Origin: an uncultured Clostridia bacterium
GTDB taxonomy: Bacteria; Bacillota; Clostridia; UBA1212
Assembly (NCBI GenBank): GCA_947304585.1
Contig: CAMZBI010000001.1
Coordinates: 25,501-89,500, forward strand
Length of the DNA: 64,000 nucleotides
Direction: 5' to 3'
In this document: in pieces, positions 12,739 through 23,017 of the stretch
Layout: every line of letters begins with the position of its first letter
Position numbering within the stretch: the first letter of the stretch is position 1
The notes under the pieces: model-generated
Seen by the model: the letters and a program-made list of their open reading frames with translations, nothing else
Databases searched by the model: none
Told to the model about the DNA's origin: nothing
Program-made: the position numbers and the translations under genes

Positions 12739-13488
12739 ATGAAAGAATTTTTTGATAAACTGTCGAATTTTATGGATTTTCAAACGCAGATCTACATCAT
12801 CATGGGAGTCTTTTTTCTCCTGCTTCTGCTTTGCTTCATCCTGCTGGTAGTTGTCGGCGTAAAGAACAAAAAGCTTGCCGAAGAGGTCAAAGGGATGAGA
12901 AAGGCATTGGCAAAGGTCAAAAAAACCGCCAATGCAGTTCAGGAGGCCGCCGGTGAACAGCCGGTTGCCGGTGAGATCTCTGTTGACGCGGAACAAGAGG
13001 CGCCTGAGGAGAAGGTGATTCCGGAAAAAATTGAGGAAGACGAGACCGAAGATTTGCCGGAAGCAGGACAATCACCGGAGAAAGAGGCAGACGACCGGCC
13101 GGCAGAAGATGCCCCGGAGAAGAATGCAGATAAAAACGAGGCCGCAACTGAAGCAACGGCGACGGTCCTTCCCGAGGAACAGCAGGCGTTTAATGAGGCT
13201 GTTGAGGCTGAAATCGACGCCCTTAAGGAAAAAACAGACCTCATCGCCAAAAATCAGCGAAAGAGCTTTGACAAAATTAAAGTTGTGCGGTATAGTTCAA
13301 CTCTGCCTGACGGAACGGAGACCGTTTCATACTCTATCGGTATTACCAATCAGGACAGAGACGGTATCGTGCTGACAGGCACCGAAACTGCGGACGGAGC
13401 CACGTCTCTCGTGGTGAAATCCGTCAAGGGAGGATTAAGCAAAACTCCTTTGACCGCAGCAGAGGACTGCGCCATCAAACGCGGCTGA
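12739..13488 (+). CDS. DUF4446-like membrane-anchored protein with acidic low-complexity linker
   Basis: N-terminal TM helix, E/A/P-rich acidic segment, conserved C-terminal domain; typical position downstream of parB. Confidence 0.55.
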   Translation: MKEFFDKLSNFMDFQTQIYIIMGVFFLLLLLCFILLVVVGVKNKKLAEEVKGMRKALAKVKKTANAVQEAAGEQPVAGEISVDAEQEAPEEKVIPEKIEEDETEDLPEAGQSPEKEADDRPAEDAPEKNADKNEAATEATATVLPEEQQAFNEAVEAEIDALKEKTDLIAKNQRKSFDKIKVVRYSSTLPDGTETVSYSIGITNQDRDGIVLTGTETADGATSLVVKSVKGGLSKTPLTAAEDCAIKRG

Positions 13489-13598
13489 AGGCCGTTCTGA
13501 AAAAGCCGACGGACTGCGGATCATTGGCGTCCGGACTTTCATACAAACAACAGACCCGCAGTTTTGCGGGAAAAACAGATTTCGGGGAGTTGATTTAA

Positions 13599-14900
13599 TT
13601 GTTAGATATAAAACTTATCAGACAGAATCCTGATCTCGTAAGAGAAGCACTGAAAAAGAGAAATTCGTCGCTTACCCTCGACGAAGTCATTGCCGCGGAC
13701 GAACGTCGCCGGGAGATACTGGTGACTGTGGAGCAGCTGAAGAAAAGGCAGAACGACGCCTCAAAACTCATCCCTGCATACAAAAAAGAGGGAAAAGACG
13801 TGGCGCCTCTCATGGACGAGATGAAGGAGATCTCCGCCAAGGTCAAAGATCTCGACGCAGAGCTCAAGGTAGTTGAAGCCAAGATTAGAACTCTGATGCT
13901 TAATTTCCCCAATATTCCCAACGAGAAAGTGCCCTACGGCGTTGACGACAGGGACAATTTCGAGATGAGGAAGTTCGGCGAGCCCACAAAATTTGACTTC
14001 CAGCCCAAGGCTCACTGGGACATCGGAACCGATTTGAATATTCTTGACGCGGAAAGAGCCGCCAAGATCACCGGAGCCAGATTCACGGTCTACCGCGGTG
14101 CAGGGGCCAGACTTGAGCGCGCCATCTACAATTTCATGCTTGACCTCCACGTGGAAAAGCACGGCTACACCGAGATATTCCCGCCCTACATGGTCAACCG
14201 GGCCAGCATGACAGGCACCGGCCAGCTTCCGAAGTTCGAAAACGGCGCATTCAAGATCAAGAACATGGACAGCGAAGCCGCAGAGGACGAAAAAGACTTC
14301 TTCCTCATCCCCACGGCGGAAGTTCCGGTAACGAACCTCCACAGGGACGAGATCCTTGACGGAAGCAAGCTCCCCATCAAATACTGCGCATACTCGGCCT
14401 GCTTCAGGTCCGAAGCCGGTTCCGCCGGCCGCGACACCAGAGGCCTCATCAGACAGCACCAGTTCAACAAGGTGGAACTGGTAAAGTTCACAACGCCGGA
14501 AACCTCTTACGCAGAGCTGGAGACCCTCACCAATGACGCAGAGGACGTCCTCAAGATCCTGGGCCTGCCCTACCGCGTTGTCCGCCTCTGCAGCGGCGAC
14601 CTTGGCTTCTCCTCGGCAATGACCTACGACATCGAAGTCTGGATGCCCAGCTACGGCCGCTACGTCGAGATCTCCTCCTGCAGCGACTTTGAAGACTTCC
14701 AGGCAAGACGTGCCAATATCAAATACCGCGACGCCGACGGAAAACCGAAGCTTGTCCACACTCTCAACGGGTCGGGCCTTGCAGTCGGAAGAACAACCGC
14801 TGCGATCCTGGAGAACTACCAGCAGGCAGACGGCAGCGTAATAATCCCCGAAGCCCTTAGAAAGTACATGGGCGGCATGGAAAAGATTGAAAAGGCCTGA
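13599..14900 (+). CDS. serS: serine--tRNA ligase
   Basis: Class II aaRS motifs; TTG start with GGGGAG RBS. Confidence 0.95.
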   Translation: MLDIKLIRQNPDLVREALKKRNSSLTLDEVIAADERRREILVTVEQLKKRQNDASKLIPAYKKEGKDVAPLMDEMKEISAKVKDLDAELKVVEAKIRTLMLNFPNIPNEKVPYGVDDRDNFEMRKFGEPTKFDFQPKAHWDIGTDLNILDAERAAKITGARFTVYRGAGARLERAIYNFMLDLHVEKHGYTEIFPPYMVNRASMTGTGQLPKFENGAFKIKNMDSEAAEDEKDFFLIPTAEVPVTNLHRDEILDGSKLPIKYCAYSACFRSEAGSAGRDTRGLIRQHQFNKVELVKFTTPETSYAELETLTNDAEDVLKILGLPYRVVRLCSGDLGFSSAMTYDIEVWMPSYGRYVEISSCSDFEDFQARRANIKYRDADGKPKLVHTLNGSGLAVGRTTAAILENYQQADGSVIIPEALRKYMGGMEKIEKA

Positions 14901-14928
14901 TCGTAATAATTTGCTATAAAAAGGTAAA

Positions 14929-14970
14929 AGCAGCCTTCCCGCAAAAGCCTTTGCGGGAAGGCTGCTTTCG
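14929..14970. terminator. strong hairpin terminator after serS
   Basis: GCAGCCTTCCCGCAAA/TTTGCGGGAAGGCTGC stem of about 16 bp followed by a T-rich tail; further GC hairpins to 15027. Confidence 0.65.
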
Positions 14971-15028
14971 TCTGCGGCGCCGCAGGCGCAGCACAACTGT
15001 TAACTGACCACTCGCGCCGCAGGCGCGT

Positions 15029-15967
15029 TCACTTGGCAATTTTGATGATGATCTCGATCGCATTATCCGTTTCGGTCCTCTCGATGGTTGCGGGGATGCC
15101 GCTGCTTTTAATTCTGTTGACGTTGGACTGGAGGGTCTTTATCAGCAGGCTCCGTTCCTTGTCAATGGCGAAATTCAGGTCTTTCAGGGACTTGTTAATC
15201 AGGTCGACGTATGCCTCCTTGCCCAGTTCAGACAGAGATACGTTTTTTAGTATTTTCCCCAGCTGCTCGACTCTTTTCGAACCTATCCTCCTGCGAACTA
15301 TCAGTTTAGCGGTGTATAGCTGCATTTCCTCGGTCTCAATGCTGAGGAGCGCTCTGCAATGCCTTTCAGAGAGACCTGAGGCCAGGGCGGCTTTCTGGAC
15401 CGCAGGGCTCAGGCTTGCCAGGCGGAGTTTATTGGCAATTGTGGGCTGAGCGACGCCGAACCAGGCGATCAGGTCCTTTTGGGTCAGTTGAACTTTTGAG
15501 TTAAGAAAATGAAAACCGTTTGAGATCTCGAAAAAATCTGCGACGGGGTTGTTGCAGGCGGTGACGCAGGCAAGGACGTCCTTGATCAGGTCGCTGTCGA
15601 TTTCGTAAATGACGGCTTTTACGAAATCACCGGACTTCGGCGAATGGAGGACAGGTACGGCGCCGTCAACAGGCCTGATCATGCGGTACTTCCCGGGACC
15701 TTCCCAAAGCACGACAGCAATAGGAGTTCGAATCGAAGTCTGCGCGACGGGACCCACAAGGTCGAAATACTGTTCGAGAGCCATTCCTCCCGGCAAAAAG
15801 ACCTCGCCAAGAGGCAATACGTCAATGCGGCAGGAGACCGGCCCGTCCCCGCTTCTGTTAACGATCTGACTGAAGATCTTCCTTTGCTCACTGAAGGAAG
15901 AGGTTTCATGTTTTCGTGACACCGGCAATTCATCCGATTCGTTTCTTTTCTCTTTTGTAGCGTTCAT
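15029..15967 (-). CDS. ParB/Noc-like HTH protein with degenerate N-terminal domain (no GERRxRA motif)
   Basis: C-terminal half aligns by eye with the ParB/Noc HTH (…QPTIANKLRLASLSPAVQKAALASGLSERHCRALLSIE…). Start reassigned to MNATKEK (GGGAGG RBS). Confidence 0.5.
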   Translation of the reverse strand: MNATKEKRNESDELPVSRKHETSSFSEQRKIFSQIVNRSGDGPVSCRIDVLPLGEVFLPGGMALEQYFDLVGPVAQTSIRTPIAVVLWEGPGKYRMIRPVDGAVPVLHSPKSGDFVKAVIYEIDSDLIKDVLACVTACNNPVADFFEISNGFHFLNSKVQLTQKDLIAWFGVAQPTIANKLRLASLSPAVQKAALASGLSERHCRALLSIETEEMQLYTAKLIVRRRIGSKRVEQLGKILKNVSLSELGKEAYVDLINKSLKDLNFAIDKERSLLIKTLQSNVNRIKSSGIPATIERTETDNAIEIIIKIAK

Positions 15968-16101
15968 TATTAACCTCCCGTACGGCAATAAGCCGGAATA
16001 ATGAATAATTATACACTATGTGAAATAAAAAACAAGAGAAAAAATGAAAAAATAGAAAAAAATTCAAGATATAAAAAAACATAGATAAAAAAAGAAAAAA
16101 T

Positions 16102-16132
16102 TCCCGACAAAATCCGACAAATTTCGACAAAA
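16102..16132 (-). promoter_or_regulatory. three tandem Spo0A-box-like repeats (TTTTGTCGRR) at 10-bp spacing upstream of the ParB-like gene
   Basis: Minus-strand reading is TTTTGTCGAAATTTGTCGGATTTTGTCGGGAA. One TGTCGAA is perfect; two TGTCGGR are 6/7. They lie 135-165 bp upstream of the start. Confidence 0.35.
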
Positions 16133-16335
16133 TTAGAAAACGCCAACAAACACGATCCGACACAACAAACAGCCTGACAGCAAAGGGACAGCCGCCAATA
16201 ATCGTTCCGCCGCAGGTTGAAACCTGTATCATGTTCAGATTGAATCAGATTTCGGGGAAATACGTTCTATGACAGAATAAACTCAGAAAAAAAGCGGCTG
16301 CTTGACGTTTGGCAAGTAACCGCAGATCATTACAA

Positions 16336-16815
16336 TTATTGTTTTTTTGTTAACCGGCGAAGGATCTCAACTCCCCGTTGTATCATGTCTTCTTCCCGGC
16401 AATTTTTCGCTTCCAGAATGCGTTCAATGGCAGCGGCGTTGTCAAGAGAGTGGTAAGGATAGAATAGTTCTCTGAGCTCGACCGGCTTTATGATTCGGTA
16501 GACTTGCCGGCTCGTCTTTTCATAGGTATAACACCAATATCGGTAAAGGTAACCCATCCAGTACAATTCATTTTCAGAGTACTTCACTTTGCCGTAACTG
16601 CTCTTTCCAAACGCTTCTTCGATCTCTGCAATAACAGATTCGTTGGTGCTTGATTCAAACAAAAAGCTGCCGTTGTCGATTCTTTTCGCAGCAGAAGAAT
16701 TCATAAAACGGCGCAGGAAAACCGCAGAACTGCAATTCGTCAAATCGATTGATGATACAAACAGTTTCGCCTGGATTCTGCATAGTATTTGTCCTGTTTC
16801 ATCCATTGGCTTCAT
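16336..16815 (-). CDS. hypothetical protein (159 aa)
   Basis: Intact ORF, no family recognised. Confidence 0.4.
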   Translation of the reverse strand: MKPMDETGQILCRIQAKLFVSSIDLTNCSSAVFLRRFMNSSAAKRIDNGSFLFESSTNESVIAEIEEAFGKSSYGKVKYSENELYWMGYLYRYWCYTYEKTSRQVYRIIKPVELRELFYPYHSLDNAAAIERILEAKNCREEDMIQRGVEILRRLTKKQ

Positions 16816-17022
16816 TTTCGTAAATATCCAAAGTAGTCAAGCTGCCTGCGGGCAATAGTGCCGTAACGTTAACAAAACTTGTTATCCGCAAATGTCGACA
16901 GCAAGTTTTCGAGCGTGTCGGATGACACAAGATTAACAGACAGATTTGCACCGGCCTGGCCTTTTTCTGAGACGTAATTATGACATTATTCGGAATAAAA
17001 AAGTATGAGTATTTGACCGCGG

Positions 17023-18831
17023 TTATTTCTGCCTTACGACCGCTTTTTTACCCTTGAAGGCTATGCCGACCCTGATGATTCCGGACATGCCCTGATCAAG
17101 CAGGTCGGATTCATATTTCTTTTCTTCGATCTGCGCGAGAGCCGCATTGGCAAGTGATTCAAGATCATCGGTGTCTTTGCCGGCATATTTGAATTCAAAT
17201 ATAAAGCAGGGGTCTGTTTTGTTTTCCGGTATGAGTGCAATATCAAACCGACCGTATCCGGATTCCGCATTTGACTTGATCCTGTATTGGGGGCTTAGGA
17301 CCGCACAAAGCCCAAGCATCATGCCGTGATAAAAACTCTCGCCTGTTCCGTCGAAAACAGAGACCGAACTGAGCATAAAATCTTCAAGCAGTTTTTGAAG
17401 CTTGGATGCGTCGTTGGAAAAGAGGGCTTGCCGAATATTGATCGCAGCATTTGTTCTTCCGGTTTTGTTCAGGATTTCTTTCCCGTAAACAAAGGCAATT
17501 TCCTTGTTCGGGACCGCCACGTCGCACATATAGTTTCCGTCGTGCTGCGGGTAGATCTTGGCGACCTTGAGATACCCGGCGACAAGCAGAAAACTGTAAA
17601 TGCTGTACGGATTGTTCTGCACTTCCGGATATATGACGCCTGTGTCGATATAGGATGTGACGGTCTCGCCGGACATCAGTTTATACAAAGCCTCTGTAAT
17701 CTCATCGTTTGCGGCGCCGACGATCTCGCCAATAATGTCATTGCTCCCGGTGGATTGCCAAAACGCCTTGGCAAAGCAGTTTTCGGCAACGTAGTTGATG
17801 ACCGACCAGGGGTTGAATATCTCCGTGGTGCCGAACATATATCCATCATACCAGTCGCACACCTCGTCGAACTTGTCGCCGCACCCGTAGTATTCAAGCA
17901 TCCGGCGGACTTCCTCTTTTGTAAAGCCGAAGTAAGAACTGTACTGCTCGTCGAGAATGGAATTGACCGACAAGTTGTTCAGTCCGCTGAAAATGCTTTC
18001 TTTTGCAACCCGAAGAATGCCGGTCAGGAACCCGTACGCAAGGTGGGAATTGTCCTTGAGCCCGCCGGAGAAGAAGTTGCGCATAAAATCTATAACGTCC
18101 TTGTAGAAGCCCTCTGTATGCCCCTGCTGGATAGGAGTGTCGTACTCGTCAATTATTATAATGGTCTGCTTGCCGTAATGCCTGTGAAGAAACAGAGACA
18201 GGGTCTTGAGCGAAAGCTGATACTCGGTCGAATCTGCTTTGCCCGTTGACAGGTCGGCATACTGTGCCTTTTCATAATCACTTAGCCGGTCGCTTTTTTC
18301 GAGTTCCGGGTGCCGCCTGAATTCTGCGGAGACCAACTTTGCGAGCATTTCATAGGTTTCCCGCCAATTTGAACATTTTACGTCCTTAAATGACAGGAAG
18401 ATCACAGGGTATTGGCCCTGATAGCCTGTGTATGCCTTGCCGTATGACCATATGGCTTTATCGCTAAAGTATTTTGAAGTATCTTCGTCCGTTTTTTCAA
18501 AAAACACGCGCAGCATGTCCATGTTCAAGGTTTTGCCGAACCTGCGCGGACGCAAGAAAAGGGAGACCAGCGGCTTTTTGTCAAGAAAGTCCTTGATCAG
18601 CATGGTCTTGTCAACGTAGTAGTAGTCCGACGTCGCAATTCTGTAATCGGAAATGCCCACAGGAAGCGGCTTTTTGGAGCCGCCGATATCGCCAATGGCA
18701 TCGGAAGGGATACGCCAATGTCGTCCTTCTTTTCTGGCGCCGCGGATCTCGCCTGAGGCGCACATTTGCTGAATTCTTCTTGAGGTGATATTCAATTCGT
18801 TTGCCGCATCGGCAACTGAAATAAAGTTCAT
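17023..18831 (-). CDS. HTH + AAA-ATPase-like (AAA_35) + PD-(D/E)XK nuclease-like (DUF1703) protein
   Basis: N-terminal excisionase/MerR-like HTH (…ELNITSRRIQQMCASGEIRGARKEGRHWRIP…). Then …YYYVDKTMLIKDFLDKKPLVSLFLRPRRFGKTLNMDML… typical of the AAA_35 family. Start reassigned to MNFISV (GGGAGG RBS). Confidence 0.7.
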   Translation of the reverse strand: MNFISVADAANELNITSRRIQQMCASGEIRGARKEGRHWRIPSDAIGDIGGSKKPLPVGISDYRIATSDYYYVDKTMLIKDFLDKKPLVSLFLRPRRFGKTLNMDMLRVFFEKTDEDTSKYFSDKAIWSYGKAYTGYQGQYPVIFLSFKDVKCSNWRETYEMLAKLVSAEFRRHPELEKSDRLSDYEKAQYADLSTGKADSTEYQLSLKTLSLFLHRHYGKQTIIIIDEYDTPIQQGHTEGFYKDVIDFMRNFFSGGLKDNSHLAYGFLTGILRVAKESIFSGLNNLSVNSILDEQYSSYFGFTKEEVRRMLEYYGCGDKFDEVCDWYDGYMFGTTEIFNPWSVINYVAENCFAKAFWQSTGSNDIIGEIVGAANDEITEALYKLMSGETVTSYIDTGVIYPEVQNNPYSIYSFLLVAGYLKVAKIYPQHDGNYMCDVAVPNKEIAFVYGKEILNKTGRTNAAINIRQALFSNDASKLQKLLEDFMLSSVSVFDGTGESFYHGMMLGLCAVLSPQYRIKSNAESGYGRFDIALIPENKTDPCFIFEFKYAGKDTDDLESLANAALAQIEEKKYESDLLDQGMSGIIRVGIAFKGKKAVVRQK

Positions 18832-18872
18832 GGCGAACCTCCCTAACGGTTTCTGCCATCCGATTTTAGCAC

Positions 18873-18907
18873 ATCGAGCGAAATCAATCAATGAAATTTC
18901 GCTCGAT
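18873..18907. promoter_or_regulatory. perfect 12-bp inverted repeat operator candidate upstream of the HTH-AAA_35 gene
   Basis: ATCGAGCGAAAT-N11-ATTTCGCTCGAT, plus a third half-site ATTTCGCTCGGAT at 18927. Confidence 0.4.
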
Positions 18908-19281
18908 TTCGCATAAATACAAATCAATTTCGCTCGGATTTCGTTTGCACGCAACGCTCGCGAAGACGGAAATTGCCAATGGAGATCCACAGATGTCAGT
19001 GAAAATTACGCCGCACAGCACAAATCCACATAAAACCCAAAGAAAATTTACACTTTTCCACGGATTTTTCTTCGATTTTCTGCACTTTTTCCGATTGGTG
19101 CGGTCCGGCTCGTACTAGTCAATAAAAAAGACACAAAAGTTCGCAGCAGGCATCAAAAACCGCCCCCCAAAAGTGCGGCTATGCATTGCGGAGCAACGTC
19201 GGGGATTACGGCAGGAGCGACGGTGTTGGCGGCAGAACGGCTTTATTTATAAAATAAAAAGGAAATAATTGAAAAAAACGC

Positions 19282-19311
19282 TTGACAAAGGATTTGGCGC
19301 TGAATTATAAT
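19282..19311 (+). promoter_or_regulatory. sigma-A promoter of the str operon
   Basis: TTGACA-18 bp-TATAAT, about 150 nt upstream of rpsL. Confidence 0.6.
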
Positions 19312-19463
19312 CCCTAAGCTTGCCGCCTTTTGCGGTGTTGCTTGTTTGCGGAATCAAAAGCACGGTCCGGACCGCTTGCGCGGGAGGTCAGCGAAGTGCT
19401 CCGGAAGCGAAAAACAAGGCAAAAGATCACGGCGGGACGTTTTAAAAGGAGGTGAATCGATAG

Positions 19464-19883
19464 ATGCCAACATTTAACCAATTGGTTCGCAAGGGAAGAG
19501 AAATGGTGACTTACAAGTCTACGGCTCCGGCGCTTCAGAAGGGATTTAACTCTCTTAGAAAGAAGAGCACCGACATCAGCAGCCCTCAGAAAAGAGGCGT
19601 TTGCACAAACGTAAGAACAACTACACCGAAGAAGCCGAACTCCGCGCTCAGAAAGATCGCAAGGGTAAGACTGACAAACGGTATGGAAGTCACAGCTTAC
19701 ATTCCCGGAATCGGCCACAATCTGCAGGAGCACAGCGTAGTGCTTATCAGAGGCGGCAGGGTTAAAGATCTCCCTGGTGTAAGATACCACATTATCAGAG
19801 GTTCTCTTGATACAGCCGGTGTTACAAACAGAATGCAGGGCAGATCCAAGTACGGCGCGAAAGTGCCGAAGGCAAAGAAATAA
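19464..19883 (+). CDS. rpsL: 30S ribosomal protein S12
   Basis: Nearly invariant S12 sequence. Confidence 0.97.
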   Translation: MPTFNQLVRKGREMVTYKSTAPALQKGFNSLRKKSTDISSPQKRGVCTNVRTTTPKKPNSALRKIARVRLTNGMEVTAYIPGIGHNLQEHSVVLIRGGRVKDLPGVRYHIIRGSLDTAGVTNRMQGRSKYGAKVPKAKK

Positions 19884-20212
19884 TCGTTCATAAAGCTGCT
19901 GTACGATACGGTCGGGGCGGCTGTGGGCAATACCCGTATGAACGATTATTGTTGCCGGTGATTTCTTACGAAATTAGTTTGGCAAGCTGCAGGACGGGCT
20001 GAAGTCCGAAGAGCAGCGGTTAGCCGGAACAGGTCCGGCTAAGAGTGCCGGTTACGTAATCGAATATTTAACGTCAAAATGATTTCCTGAGAAATTATGC
20101 GGCGATATTTCTTTTAAGTAATCCAGCACAGACTGCACACGGCAAGTGCAGAGTACCGTTGGCACAAGGTTTTGTGCCGATTGATTAAAAATAATCAAAG
20201 GAGGGAAGAAAA

Positions 20213-20683
20213 GTGCCGAGAAAAGGTTATATTGCGAAACGTGAAGTTTTGCCGGATCCGGTCTACAATGACGTGATCGTAACAAAACTGATCAACAATA
20301 TCATGCTCGACGGCAAAAAGGGTACAGCCCAGAAAATTTGCTACGCCGCATTTGATATTGTAAAAGAAAAGACAGGCAGAGACGCACTGGAAGTTTTCAA
20401 CCAGGCGCTCAATAACGTAATGCCTCAGCTCGAGGTCAAGGCCAGAAGAGTCGGTGGATCCACATACCAGGTCCCGATGGAGGTCAGACCCGCAAGAAGG
20501 CAGGCGTTAGGCCTGAGATGGCTTGTAACATTTTCCAGAAAGCGCAGCGAGAGAACAATGGCTGAGAGACTTGCAGGCGAGATAATCGATGCAACCAACA
20601 ATGCCGGCGCCGCTTTCAGAAGAAAAGAAGACATGCACAAGATGGCGGAAGCAAACAGAGCTTTTGCCCATTACCGTTGGTAA
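20213..20683 (+). CDS. rpsG: 30S ribosomal protein S7
   Basis: S7 signature sequence. Confidence 0.97.
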   Translation: MPRKGYIAKREVLPDPVYNDVIVTKLINNIMLDGKKGTAQKICYAAFDIVKEKTGRDALEVFNQALNNVMPQLEVKARRVGGSTYQVPMEVRPARRQALGLRWLVTFSRKRSERTMAERLAGEIIDATNNAGAAFRRKEDMHKMAEANRAFAHYRW

Positions 20684-20704
20684 TTTTTTTGGAGTATCTG
20701 ATCA

Positions 20705-22807
20705 ATGGCCAGAGAGTTTTCGCTTGAGAATACGAGAAACATCGGCATAATGGCCCACATCGACGCCGGAAAGACCACCACCACCGAGAGGATCCTTCTC
20801 TACACCGGAAGGATACACAAGGCGGGCGAGGTCCACGACGGCACGGCCACCATGGATTCAATGGAGCAGGAGCAGGAGCGCGGCATTACCATCGCGTCTG
20901 CTGCGACTACTGTGCATTGGCGTACCACCGATGAAGACGGAACAAGCAAAGACACCAGGATAAACATTATCGATACCCCCGGACACGTTGATTTCACGGT
21001 GGAAGTCGAGCGTTCGCTGAGAGTGCTTGACGGCTCTGTGACGCTGTTTTGCGCCAAGGGAGGCGTTGAGCCCCAGTCCGAGACTGTTTGGCGTCAGGCA
21101 GACCGCTACGGAGTTCCCAGGATCGCCCACGTTAACAAAATGGACATCATGGGCGCCGATTTTTACCGGGTAGTCGACATGATAAAGGCCAGACTTGGCG
21201 CCAATGCGGTTCCGATCCAGCTTCCTATAGGAAAAGAGGACTCGTTTATCGGCGTCATTGACCTGGTTAAAATGGAAGCACACATCTATCGCGATCCCGA
21301 AGGCAACGTTGTTGAGATCGCTCCGATACCTGAGGATATGGTCGAACTGGCCGAACGCTACAGGGCGGAGATGCTCGAGACCATTGTCGAGGAAGACGAT
21401 GATGTGATGATGAAGTACCTTGAGGGCGAGGAACTTTCCGTTGGCGACATTAAAAAGGCTATCAGAAAGGGAACCCTTGCGCTCCATCTCGTTCCGGTGA
21501 CCTGCGGATCCTCCTATAAGAACAAAGGGGTCCAGCAGCTTTTGGACGCGGTGGTGGACTTCCTGCCTTCGCCGTTGGATATTCCCGCAATCAAAGGGCA
21601 AAAACCCAACGGAGAGGATGCGGAGAGACACCCGAGAGATGACGAGCCCTTCTCGGCATTGGCATTTAAGATCGTCTCCGATCAGTACGGAAAGCTCTGC
21701 TTCATAAGAGTTTACTCCGGTGTGCTGAAGGTCGGCTCCTACGTTCTCAACGCGTCGAAAGACAAACGGGAGAGAGTGGGCCGGATCGTGCTCATGCACG
21801 CGGACCAGAAGACCGAGGTGGAGGAAGTATATGCGGGAGACATTGCCGCTGTTATAGGACTGAAGGAAACCACCACGGGCAACACTCTGTGCGACCCCGC
21901 AAAGCCGATAATCCTTGAGTCGATGGAATTCCCGGAGCCGGTCATTTCGGTTGCCGTGGAGCCAAAGACAAAGGCCGGCCAGGAAAAAATGAGCATCGCC
22001 CTTCAGAAGCTTGCGGAAGAGGATCCGACGTTCCGGGTCACCTCCAATGTGGAGACGGGACAGACGGTCATCTCGGGCATGGGCGAGCTTCACCTGGACA
22101 TTATCGTGGACAGGCTGCTTCGCGAGTACCGTGTGGAGGCCAACGTGGGAAAACCCCAGGTCGCTTACAAAGAGGGCATCCGGAAGACGGTCACTCAGGA
22201 GGGCAAATTTGTTCGCCAGACCGGCGGCCATGGCCAATACGGACACTGCGTCATCGTGGTGGAACCCAAGGAGCGGGGAACGGGCTACGAATTCGTCAAT
22301 AAGATCGTTGGCGGCGTTATCCCGAAAGAGTACATTGCCCCCGTTGACCAGGGAATCAAAGACGCGATGATGAGCGGCGTTCTGGCGGGATATCCCGTTG
22401 TCGACGTCAAAGTCACGCTGATCGACGGTTCCTACCACGAGGTGGACTCCTCCGAGATGGCGTTCAAGATCGCCGGATCCATGGCCTTTAAAGAAGCCAT
22501 GAAGAAAGCGGATCCCGTGCTGCTGGAACCGGTCATGAAAGTGGTCGTTACAGTTCCCGAACAGTATTTCGGAGACGTCATCGGAAGCCTCAGTTCAAAA
22601 CGGGCCAGGATCGACGGCTCCGAGGAAGCCGGCAACGGTGCGAAGTACATCAACGCAACAGTTCCGCTGGCGGAGATGTTCGGCTACACCACCACCTTGA
22701 GATCCATGACCCAGGGAAGAGGTACATTCACAATGGAACCGAGCCACTATGAGGAAGTTCCCAGGAGCGTCCAGGAGAACATTCTGAAAGGAAGCCGGCC
22801 CTATTAA
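20705..22807 (+). CDS. fusA: elongation factor G
   Basis: GTPase G1-G4 motifs, 700 aa. Confidence 0.97.
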   Translation: MAREFSLENTRNIGIMAHIDAGKTTTTERILLYTGRIHKAGEVHDGTATMDSMEQEQERGITIASAATTVHWRTTDEDGTSKDTRINIIDTPGHVDFTVEVERSLRVLDGSVTLFCAKGGVEPQSETVWRQADRYGVPRIAHVNKMDIMGADFYRVVDMIKARLGANAVPIQLPIGKEDSFIGVIDLVKMEAHIYRDPEGNVVEIAPIPEDMVELAERYRAEMLETIVEEDDDVMMKYLEGEELSVGDIKKAIRKGTLALHLVPVTCGSSYKNKGVQQLLDAVVDFLPSPLDIPAIKGQKPNGEDAERHPRDDEPFSALAFKIVSDQYGKLCFIRVYSGVLKVGSYVLNASKDKRERVGRIVLMHADQKTEVEEVYAGDIAAVIGLKETTTGNTLCDPAKPIILESMEFPEPVISVAVEPKTKAGQEKMSIALQKLAEEDPTFRVTSNVETGQTVISGMGELHLDIIVDRLLREYRVEANVGKPQVAYKEGIRKTVTQEGKFVRQTGGHGQYGHCVIVVEPKERGTGYEFVNKIVGGVIPKEYIAPVDQGIKDAMMSGVLAGYPVVDVKVTLIDGSYHEVDSSEMAFKIAGSMAFKEAMKKADPVLLEPVMKVVVTVPEQYFGDVIGSLSSKRARIDGSEEAGNGAKYINATVPLAEMFGYTTTLRSMTQGRGTFTMEPSHYEEVPRSVQENILKGSRPY

Positions 22808-22915
22808 AAAACCGCAAAAACAGGGAAAACCGGGGGAACCAAAGCGAAAACGCCAATGCCCTCCGCCCCTGCACTGCGGACCCGTTGACTTCGGCAGAGA
22901 CGCTGAAAATCATTG

Positions 22916-22944
22916 TTGAAAACCGCAAGTCAATTTGTTATAAT
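22916..22944 (+). promoter_or_regulatory. internal promoter upstream of tuf
   Basis: TTGAAA-17 bp-TATAAT. Confidence 0.5.
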
Positions 22945-23017
22945 CAACTCAGTATGTGCGTAAACCGCACCCATAATCTTGCTGCAGATTCATTTACTAA
23001 AGGAGGAATCACAAACT

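Noticed and set aside
13489-13598. Possible T-box leader upstream of serS.
   Set aside because: Only about 110 bp, far shorter than T-box leaders. No specifier or T-box consensus seen. Contains only a small hairpin CCCGCAGTTTTGCGGG.
15930-16232. 100-aa Phe-rich ORF on the minus strand in the A-rich intergenic region.
   Set aside because: Low-complexity translation of poly-A/T DNA, no RBS. The region is better explained as the promoter/regulatory region of the ParB-like gene.
19314-19790. 158-aa minus-strand ORF overlapping rpsL and its leader.
   Set aside because: Antisense to a universally conserved ribosomal protein gene and its promoter. Spurious.
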